DNA of 64,000 bases, taken from contig CBDFGH010000008.1 of assembly GCA_965247145.1 (NCBI GenBank), forward strand, positions 32,345 through 96,344, in the 5' to 3' direction. A program made the position numbers and the translations under genes. Source of the stretch: Rickettsiales bacterium. GTDB taxonomy: Bacteria; Pseudomonadota; Alphaproteobacteria; Rickettsiales; JAIXRX01. Of this stretch, positions 43,101 through 52,000 are shown one piece after another. The notes under the pieces are model-generated. The model was not told where the DNA came from. It saw nothing but the letters and a program-made list of their open reading frames with translations, and made no database searches. The first letter of the stretch is position 1. Each line of letters opens with the position of its first letter.

Positions 43101-43558
43101 TTTTGGGGTGCGGGCTTGACAGCTTCCTCCATCACCTCCGGCGTCGCCGCATCTTCCGTGCCCAGCAGATCGACGCCGGTCAATCGTCCACTCACGAAAC
43201 TGCGCGTGCGGTAGCTTTTATCCAACGTCAACGTCACCGTTCTGCCGTCTGCGCCCAGGGAGGCGGAACGCACCACATTCGGCAGGCGCGTCAGCAGGCG
43301 GCTGAAATCGGGATCGCTCGCTCGGCGGTCGAAGGTGACGACGAGCTTGTTGCCCTCCATGCGCGTTTGCAGCGTGGTGGGCTGCGCCCATTCGAAGGTG
43401 ATGCGGGTGAAGTCGCGCACCACCTGCCCGCTGGCGATCGGGGCGGCGAACGCGCCGAAGGCGATCAGGGAAGCGCCCAGCGCAGACACACCGAGACAGG
43501 CGGCCAGAGCACCGCCCGCCGTCGCTGATGGCCGTAAACCTCGCCAGACCTTCGCCAT
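40178..43558 (-). CDS. Large exported TPR-like protein with Pro/Ala/Lys-rich linker
   Basis: Signal or TM segment, N-domain FTRITFEW, low-complexity linker, helical C-terminus (LADRLAEVDLLDRAAALLDHQVQFRL); start uncertain. Confidence 0.8.
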   Translation of the reverse strand: MAKVWRGLRPSATAGGALAACLGVSALGASLIAFGAFAAPIASGQVVRDFTRITFEWAQPTTLQTRMEGNKLVVTFDRRASDPDFSRLLTRLPNVVRSASLGADGRTVTLTLDKSYRTRSFVSGRLTGVDLLGTEDAATPEVMEEAVKPAPQKLETKTSEAKTAAKKPAPASKPPAVKKAVAKAAEPKPPVPSIPSKARIITAPPSTPVPKATAAPVPKVAVTEEKQAAAAPPPVTSIPAIPVSAASAAKPDAPKPDAPKPDIVAPEAAIVPPPRATEPQEPLSPPPPAQEAASVSAVPKPAAVPVPQENKPILGAVPVSAPTTQPQRIVLQRSTAPALAIQTQAAEDQVVLRFPFVERTAAAAFARGDALWLVFDRPAALNVDSIKDATLVRGLEQLAHPSAIVLRLSTLGLKGVRLQRAPEGQGWDAVLSPRLGLPSEPLIVQPKTDTPLKPYLLVNALETSPPVDVTDPVVGDVLRIAPSYAAGQGIAPGRDYVEMELLPSAQGVVIASHGPDIGVVTQRNGLRLSAEAGLRLSPGLPSVPAGKEETAETAHSSLFAREEMAAEHGQTLRSMEQDLFPLLLNPGALADAARLRLAQAYLAEGLSAEALGMLSTLRDANLDGYIRERASAYAGLANFLMGRMPEVARDFGTPELQGNEEMDAWRTLLAELTGQSDELIDYPRFNARYLRQYPKEVRRRIGVVTIDRLVARNRYNEALVALDGMKKDGLDRDDAPTAHAMDFFTGEILARTGYPDKAEKLWKNLNEDVDDRYWRARANFARINLNLAQKKITEEEAMPQLDALRILWRDDPLELQVLKQLGEMQIRTGKYRDGLRTLKEITTAYPNTEDAFKAAQSMAETFVMLFNGDGAKTMKPLDALTLYYEFKDLTPVEAEGDLMIRNLADRLAEVDLLDRAAALLDHQVQFRLQGEERSRVGARLALIYLLDRKPQQALDVMERTGFGGNSVELQQKRDLLTARALADLKEGARAVKLLEDDGSLDANLLKLDIAWDIGDWKNVGAVAEGILSQRPDPTKALTEPEMGALLKLALAYSFEKDTDQLHYLRDYFGPLVKENPHKDLFAFLTSDTPVTPQSIAQMAQTITQMQSFLSRYRSQVKEEGLSEAVK

Positions 43559-43664
43559 TCGTGGTGCGATGCCCCTCCCTGCCGGTCGATGATTGCGTCC
43601 GGTCGTGTTGGGCGGCATTATGGAGGCATTGCGCCCATGCGTCAAACCCGAGCAAGGCAAAGCC

Positions 43665-44162
43665 ATGCATACCCCATCCCCGATCCGCATTTCTATGCAT
43701 GCCTGTGCCTCCGAAGCCGCGCTTGGCGAAGAAGCGGCACGGTTGGCCGCGCTGATGCGGCGTGGCGATTGCATCCGTCTGGAAGGAAATCTGGGTGCGG
43801 GTAAAACCAGTTTCGCGCGGGCCGCTATCCAGTCCCTTTCCTGCGAAACGGTGGAGGTGATAAGCCCCACTTTCACCCTGGTGCAATCATATCCCGTGCA
43901 GATGGAAGGCAAACCCATGCTGCTTTCCCACGCCGATCTCTACCGCATCGAAAATGCGGCGGATCTGGAAGAGATCGGGATCCACGAACTGCACCTGCAA
44001 GGCGCGTTGCTGGTGGAATGGCCGCAGATCGCCGCCGATTGGCTGCCGCCGGAGGCGCTTACGCTGCGTTTGTCGCCCGGAGACGGGCCCGGGGCACGCC
44101 TGCTGGAATATCTCGCCACGCCGCAGAGTGGTTGGCAGGCGCGACTGCGGCATGCTAGCTGA
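43665..44162 (+). CDS. tsaE: tRNA t6A biosynthesis ATPase
   Basis: LEGNLGAGKTSFARA, SPTFTLVQSY, HADLYR, VEWP. Confidence 0.95.
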   Translation: MHTPSPIRISMHACASEAALGEEAARLAALMRRGDCIRLEGNLGAGKTSFARAAIQSLSCETVEVISPTFTLVQSYPVQMEGKPMLLSHADLYRIENAADLEEIGIHELHLQGALLVEWPQIAADWLPPEALTLRLSPGDGPGARLLEYLATPQSGWQARLRHAS

Positions 44163-44202
44163 ATGGATGTTTTATTGAATTTATTCTTCGAAAGTCACAT
44201 CG

Positions 44203-45246
44203 ATGCATGATTCCGAACGCATGACGCACAAGACGGCCTTCCTGGCGCAAGCCGGCTGGAGTGCCGCGCAGATACGCGTATTGGCGGGCGACGCCTCTTT
44301 CCGCCGCTACGACCGCGCAACGATGCCGGACGGTCGCGTGGCCGTGCTGATGGATGCGCCACCGCCGGAAGAGAATATTGCTTCATTCCTGGCGCTGGCG
44401 CGTTGGCTGCATGCGGCGGGTTTCCCCGCCCCGCAGATTCTGGCAGAAGACCAGATGCATGGTTTTCTGCTGCTGGAAGATTTCGGCGACGATTCCTTCG
44501 GACGTGTGCTGGGCACAGCCCCGGAGCGCGAAGCGGAACTGTATCGCAGCGCGGGCCGTCTGCTGGCCGCCCTGCACCTGCATGAAAACACCCTGCCGGA
44601 CGTGCCGCATTACGACCGTGCGACCCTTCTGCGCGAAGCCTCCCTGCTGCCGGACTGGTATTTGAAAGCGGTGGAAGGCGAGCAGCCCCAGGCACGCGAA
44701 TCTTTCCTGCACGCATGGAATACGGTGCTCGACCAATTGCCGCCCTTGCCCGCCGTGCTGGTGCTGCGCGATTATCATGCCGACAATCTGATGCTGTTGC
44801 CGGAAGATCGGGAACATGCGCATGGTTACGGGCGCGTAGGCCTGCTCGATTTCCAGGACGCGCTGCTGGGTTCCCCCGGCTATGATCTGGTGTCGTATCT
44901 GGACGATGCGCGCCGCGACGTTTCGCCGCATACCCGAACTGCGGTGTTGGAGGAATACGCCCATCTGACCGGCATCGAGCCATCCGCGCTGCGGGTGCAT
45001 TGCGCAGTGCTGGGCGCGCAGCGCAACTGCAAGATCCTCGGCATTTTCATGCGCCTGACGCTGCGTGACGAGAAGCCTCAATATCTGGATTACCTGCCGC
45101 GCGTATGGCGTCTGCTGGAACATGAATTGCACGAACCCCTGCTCGCCCCGGTCAAGGCCTGGTTCGATGCGCACCTGCCTGCTCCGATGCGTATTCTGCC
45201 GCCGCTGACGGAGTTGAAAACCGCTTTTGCACGACATACGGCATGA
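44203..45246 (+). CDS. amgK: Anomeric MurNAc/GlcNAc kinase (phosphotransferase family)
   Basis: GDASFRRY, LMDAPP, RDYHADNL, LDFQDA, KILGIF; tsaE-amgK-murU context. Confidence 0.88.
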   Translation: MHDSERMTHKTAFLAQAGWSAAQIRVLAGDASFRRYDRATMPDGRVAVLMDAPPPEENIASFLALARWLHAAGFPAPQILAEDQMHGFLLLEDFGDDSFGRVLGTAPEREAELYRSAGRLLAALHLHENTLPDVPHYDRATLLREASLLPDWYLKAVEGEQPQARESFLHAWNTVLDQLPPLPAVLVLRDYHADNLMLLPEDREHAHGYGRVGLLDFQDALLGSPGYDLVSYLDDARRDVSPHTRTAVLEEYAHLTGIEPSALRVHCAVLGAQRNCKILGIFMRLTLRDEKPQYLDYLPRVWRLLEHELHEPLLAPVKAWFDAHLPAPMRILPPLTELKTAFARHTA

Positions 45247-45992
45247 GTCAGGCGGCGGACTCCAGCCATCTCGGCCTCCATGCCATCGTTTTCGCAGCGG
45301 GCCTGGGCAAGCGCATGCGACCGCTGACGGAACACATACCCAAACCTTTGATCGCGGTTGGCGGTATCACGATGCTGGACCGCGCATTGAATCTGCTGGC
45401 CCATGGCGGCGTGCAAGCGGCGGTGGTCAATTACGCCTATCTGGGCGAGCAGATCCTCGCCCATCTCGTAGAGCGCAGCCTGCAAGGATGGATGCCGCGC
45501 CTGATCGGTTCTGCCGAGCCCGAACCGCTTGAAACCGGCGGCGCGGTGCGCCACGCCTGGAAACATCTGTCCGCCGCCCCTTTTTTTGCCATGAACAGCG
45601 ATGTGGTGCTGTTGCCCGGCGCACGGCACCCCGCGGCGCGCATGCGCGCATGCTGGACCGCAGACATGGACGCGTTGCTGCTGGTGCAACCAATGGATAA
45701 TGTACGCGGCTATACGGGGGCGGGGGATTTCTTTTTAAGCGACAGCGGCACGCCCCGTTTTCGCCGAGGGGAAGAAACATGCGCCCCCTTCGTTTTCACC
45801 GGCCTTCAACTCCTGCATCCGCGTCTTTTCACGGATATTCCCGAGGGGCCTTTCTCGCTCAACCTGCTGTATCGCCGTTTGTGCGAAGCGCCCGGAACGC
45901 CGCGCATCCACGCATTGGTGCATGACGGCGACTGGCTGCATGTAGGCGATCCGGCGGGGCTGGACTTGGCGGAAAGTTATTTCATGCGTTGA
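45243..45992 (+). CDS. murU: MurNAc-1-phosphate uridylyltransferase (nucleotidyltransferase)
   Basis: AAGLGKRMRPLT...PKPL, LETGG, NSD, WLHVG. Confidence 0.88.
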   Translation: MSQAADSSHLGLHAIVFAAGLGKRMRPLTEHIPKPLIAVGGITMLDRALNLLAHGGVQAAVVNYAYLGEQILAHLVERSLQGWMPRLIGSAEPEPLETGGAVRHAWKHLSAAPFFAMNSDVVLLPGARHPAARMRACWTADMDALLLVQPMDNVRGYTGAGDFFLSDSGTPRFRRGEETCAPFVFTGLQLLHPRLFTDIPEGPFSLNLLYRRLCEAPGTPRIHALVHDGDWLHVGDPAGLDLAESYFMR

Positions 45993-46026
45993 GCGATCCC
46001 AGCGCACGGAATACTCGTAGCCTGTA

Positions 46027-49000
46027 TCAACCACCCTTCAGCTTGCATGCTTTGTCGTCTGGATGTTTCACGCAATAAGACGTGGTTTTATCATCGTTCC
46101 CCGAAGACGAGCAAACCGGTGATTTGGGATTGTCTTTGCAGAAACTCTCGCTGCCGCCGCCGGTGGGATTACACATTTCCTTGGTCGGATTGGTCTTGCA
46201 ATATTCCGCCTCGGCGTTGCATCCCTCGCCGCTCGGGTCGAGGGTGCAGCGGTCCAATTCGGTCGTGATGCATTTCTGATAGACCTCCTGCGGCTTCGAG
46301 AAATCACCCTTGCAAACCTCTGCGGCATCGCAATGCGGTTCTTTGGGTTGGGAAGCGCAGAAATCCTTGTCGTCCTTACAAGAGTCGCTGTTGGGGTCCA
46401 GTCCGCACGGGCCAAGCTGGTCGCGGATGCATTCGTTTGAACCGGAATCGACGATACAAGTGAGAGGCTGCTGCGTAAGGCCAGGATTTTCTGGGTCGAT
46501 GCCTGCTCCTTTGTAGAGTTTGTCGCGCGTGCTGCCATCCGGCACGATAGACTTATCGGGGCATTGATGGTCATCCTGGCCTGAACAGACATCGTTCACA
46601 TCGTCCATCAGTTTGTCCACCTCTTCCTGACGGGAACCGGGCATGCTGTCTTTGTCGTAGGCTTTGCGATATTGATCCATGCCATCATAGGGTTGGGAGG
46701 GAACGTCCGGTTTCTCTTCCTTCCCAGGCGTAGGCTTTGCGTCCAAATTTTGGTCGGGCAGCACATTGATCGCGGGAATGAGCTGTTTGGAGATATCGAT
46801 CGGCAGCACGTCGCCTGCGGAGGGCACGTAGCCTTCCACCGGTGTGAAGGTGTAATATTCGCCCGTTACGTTGCCGTCCTGGTCTTTCTTCTGGTCTTTA
46901 TGCAGCAGGTAATGCATCGGATCGGCCTTCTTTTCTCCCTTGATGACAAACAATTTATCATCCGCCGTGATTTTGATTCGGGCATAGCTGTCAAATTTGA
47001 TCGGCTCCTTGCATTGGCTGCGGAAAGAGACGCCATAGGGGAACGTCAATATACGCTCTTTGCCGGCGGGCACCTGCAACAAGGTATCCGGCGGGGTCAA
47101 CACAAGCACATCACTGTCAAAAATAGGTCTTTCCGAGCTGAGTCCCTGCTCGTATTTGGCTTTCAAATCGTCGTCGCCTACCAGATGATTAGTCAGCGTT
47201 ACCTTACCGTCCTTCACTTTCACGGCATTGTCCATGCAGGTTTTGCCCACGTCGTAGCAAGGCGGGAAGATGATATTGGCAACATCGTTCAACAAACCGC
47301 GAATGGCAAAACCGGGATATTTGGAAATAGCGATATCCGGCACACTTTGCGCCGCGTCCGGCTGGATGTCGCGCCCGTTGGGCGGCGTGCGGTTCAAAGT
47401 GGGTGGCATATGCAATTCCACATCCCCCACCACCACAGCCTGGGGACCTGTAGTGCGCTGACTAATAATCGGGCGCGGCAAGCCATCTTTCGGATTGAAG
47501 CCGGAGGTAGCAACCTGGCTGAGTTGAGTACCCAAGGCTGCGGCGCCGCCCGCATACAATGTATCCAACTGTCCTCGTGCACTCATACCCGCGAGATTGT
47601 CCGGGGCGCGCATCAGATCATCCAACGTTGGATTATCCCGAAGGCCTTCGAAACTATACAGTGCGCCCAAGGCATTGAACCCGGGCTTGATGGTCGATCC
47701 GCTATGGACCGGATCGAAATTCACGCCGATATTCACATCCACCGTCAGGCTGAGCAGCTGGCTGCTCTTGCTGCGCGGCACACCCACGAAGCCGATGTAT
47801 GGCTTATTGGCCATGCCGGGGAACATCGTCAGTAGCCGTGCAACCTGCGGATCCGGCCGCAGGCGGGCCAATACACTGAGAGGCAGATGCGAGATCTGGG
47901 AACCGAGGCTGGTGGTTTCATAACCGGGTCCGCGCACGTCGGCCACCACATCATATTTTTCCGCGTTCTTCATGGTATTGCGTGAGGCTGGCGGCGTGTC
48001 ATATCCGGCGGAAAGACAATCCATCACATCCTTCTCCGGAACCAGATGCATTTCATTGGGAGAAACGTTCGCGATATCCACGCGCTGATTGTTATTCGCT
48101 GCGGCGTTCGGGCGCACCATGCAGCCGCCGCGATAATCGTCGCCGTAAGGACGATAGATGCGCACCATGTTCCAGAGATCGAGCCCCTTGGCAGTAACGC
48201 GCGGGTCCTCGAAGCTGCATTCGCGCAGCATCGGGTCTGCCTGACAGCGGGTGTTGTAGACCGCGAAGCTGGTGTGATTCTGTACACTCTGCTGCACCAA
48301 TGCGTTGGTTTCCGAGTCAGGGAAATTGCAATTGGCACCACCCGCGCCGATGCAGCTTTGGAGACGCTTCAACGCAGTGAGCCTTGCAGCGGGTTTGGCG
48401 TTGTTGGGGTCTTCCAACTGAGCGGCATGACGGTAGATGGTCCGGTGACGGGCATTGCCCGCCAACTCGGTAATGCCGCAGGAATCGGGGTATTGCCCCG
48501 CATTGGTCTGCAGCACATGCACCCAATAGCGGTCGCGGCCCGCGGCGTTGGGCTGTTCACCCGGCTCGGCGGGATTGGCCGCGAGATAACTGCTGTCGTT
48601 AAAAGTTTCCGCTACGTAGCCGATGAAGGGTACATATTCGTCCGCAGCCATTTTGAAATTGTCGATGGCTTTTCCATCGCCGATGGGTTGCCGGGTTACA
48701 CGATCGGGATAGGCCACATTGTAATCCGAAGGATCGAGATAGACGATGTCTCCCGGCTGTGCATTGTCCAGGCCGCGCAGCACGGTGGCGGAAGCGCCCG
48801 GACGTTTGGCGAAATTGGGGAAGCGTGTATCGGAAGGAATATCCCAACGGTATATCTTCGAGTTGCTGTCGGGGATGTTGGCGATCTGCTTATCGTCCAT
48901 CTTCGGATCCCACAGGAACCCGCGATGCGACAAGGGCCATGTCACGGTGTGATCCTTGACGCCATTATTGAGCAACACGCTCCCACCGGCCATTTTCAGC

Positions 49001-52000
49001 ACCACGTCTTCCATCATATTCACTTTGTGCAGCTTTTCGAACTGCCCGATGCAATTGAGACCGGTATTGCGGTATGTGCGCGCCTGATACAGCTTCAATT
49101 CGGTCCAACTGGTCAGGGGGTGGACGGTGTTGTCGTTCGGCAGATGCACGCAAGCATCCCCCTTGAAGCGCGTTTTTCCATTGTCCAATGGATGGAAGGG
49201 ATCGTTATGGATGTTGTTCGTTTTATCCAATGCGGGGTCCAGACTTTTCGCTGTGGGATCCTCCTTGCCGAGATAACCCCAGCCGCCGATGCGGCATGAA
49301 CGCTCCGCCGTACCGACACCCACCACACGCACGCGCGCACCCAGATCGCTGTTCAGATCGATGTTCTTGCCGTTGATTGCACCCCACTCAGTGCCGGTAT
49401 CCCACAGTCGCATGTAAGGGCGGTGATCACCGAAATATTCTTCGAAGGTCGTACCTTCGGCAAACATGTTTCGATCTCTTTCCGCCTTGGTATAGGGCGC
49501 CAGGCGTAGCAGATTGATCGGCGCGAGCGGCTTGTTGATCTCGTTGCAGCAATCTTTGATGCTGACCTTACAGGTGTCCTTGCAGAAATCTTTATCGCGG
49601 TCCGGCATGCTACCCGAGGTGCTGCAGGGCGGGAATTTATTGCGTCCCTGCTTGGTGCGATCGGATTTACAGAAACTGACCGTGCCGATCTTGGCCACGC
49701 CCTGCCCCATTGAAGAATCCTTGCCTTTCTCGAACACGGCCTTGAACCCTTTGCGCAGTACATAGCGCGCGGGGAAGCAGAGTTGCGGGAATTTCCCGCC
49801 AAACCAGCTGCCGCAGATTTTCTTCGCCATGGGCCGCAGCGCGTCCTTCCAGAGTGAGCGATATTCGGATTTGAACTGGCTGTAGGCCTCTGAGAAATCG
49901 TAGGTATCGAAGCTTTGGAATATTTCGCGAATCTGGTTCATGTCCACCTGCCCATCCTCGAAAGGATCAAGCGTGCCCGTCAGGAAGCGGAACCACATGG
50001 TGTCGTAGGGATGGCCGGAGAACGATCCGTCCGAACCGCGCTTGCCTTCTTTCAGCAGCAGGATGAGTGCGCGGATCGGATCGATGATGCTTCGGCACTT
50101 ATTTTTACTGTTTCTTGCTTTACAATCTTTGTCCGAACTTTTCTTCGCCACCATCCATAGATTCTTGGCCTCGTTGTGCCCCATGGGATCGAAGAAAATG
50201 ATGTCCATGATGCCGACCACGATGTCGCCGCAGACCGTGATACCCCAGCATGCCGCTTTCGCAATGTAATAGAGCACAGCGCGAATGACTTCGATGATGA
50301 TCGAAATAATCGGCACGCCCTTGACCTCCGACCACAGACAATCGCGGTTGGTGGTGATGCGGCACATGATGCAATTGTCGAAGCGCTTTTCGCGGAAGCG
50401 GAGAATATCCACCGGGGTTGCGGCACAATTCACCGGCTGACCCCAAACGGGTATGCCGTTCATACCGGGAATCCACCAGAAATTTTTCGATCCGCAATAA
50501 TCCGGTTTATTGTTCAAACTCATCGAAACGCAAACATCGTATTTGTCGCGGTCGTTGGTTTCGAAATCCCAGCGCGGCGTGAAGGGATGCGTCACATCCT
50601 TGATCGACTCATAGGGGTTGGTGATCAGATCGGCGATTTGCGGGCGGAAATTACGCTCGCGGAAATTCAGCACGCCGCGCGGCTGGGGTAGATATTTCCC
50701 CGTTTCGTCTTCGTAATAATGGTCGATCCCCGGCGCCACGATCTGCGCATTGGGGTTGTGAATGTATTTGGTGATGGTCGTATCGTTCGGATTGGCGAGA
50801 TACTTTGCGAATTCCGCATTATATTCGTCCATGTAGCTTTCATCCCAATGATTGATCGTCGGGAAATAGATGGCGGGGAAGTAATTATTGACCATCGTGC
50901 CGTACCAGGCGCGTTCCAGATAACGCCACGCGTCATATTCGTGCCGCACGATACCGGTGGATTTGCCTTTGCTGTCGAGCTTGCATTTGCCGGTACTGGA
51001 ATCCCAATCGGACGGATGCTTGCACCGGTATTCGTCCACCATGCATTTGCCGTTGGCGTCTTTCATGCAATCATTGGGCGGAATGAGGCTGAGCGGCTGG
51101 CAATTGGTAGGCGTCATCGAGGGGCGCGACTGGGTGTCTGCGATATAGGTCGGATACAGGCTTTGGCTGGTGATGTATTGATTGGTGCAGCTGTCCAGCA
51201 TCAGACGCGTAAAGAAAGGTGGATTGCAGCCGTGATAGCTGCAGCCCGCTTTGGCAGGGCGGATCGGGCTGCAGGTAATGGCGTTCTTGATGGTGGGAAT
51301 CAGGATCGTCGTCAAAATATTCTGGCGCACATCCTGCGGCAATTTGAAATCGGTCGATTCGTCGCGGGGTGCAGTGTCGGTATCTTCGCGCAATTCGTCG
51401 ACCTCGTCGGTCAGCCACCCGTAGGTGGCAGGCGTGCGTGGGCAGGTGGAGCGCTCCAACCAGCCTTCGTTCAGGTTCAGCGGCGAAACACGCGGGGTGG
51501 TCATCCGCACCAATGTCTTTTCCGGCACCGACCCCGAAACACCGGCGGTCACCGGTTCGAAATTGAAACCGAAACCCAACACGGCGGTTTGCAATTGATA
51601 GCTCGCCTGCAGCAAGGGCGTGCCCAGGCGCTCAGCCGCACTGATATCGCCCGGTATCATTCCGATAGGGCGGAAATTGGTGTAGCGATTGTCACGCGTG
51701 AAACTGTTGATCATCGCATAAAGATTGGATTGCGAGATCGGCCAGACGATGGGCGGAATGCAGTAATAGATGCTGTAGTTCGGAGCGCGCAAGCACATCT
51801 GCTTGCGTAGATCATCGGCCACAGTGAAGAGTCCGGCAAATTTCTCCACCAGCTTGTCCATTTTATCGCGAAGCTTCGGCACCGCGTTAACCTTGGTGAT
51901 AAGGGCCGGAATCTGACCCGCGACTTTTTGGAAATTGAACAAAGCGGCGGGATTGAAATTCACCGAAATGTTCACCGAGGGTGCTACCGCGCCATCCAAT

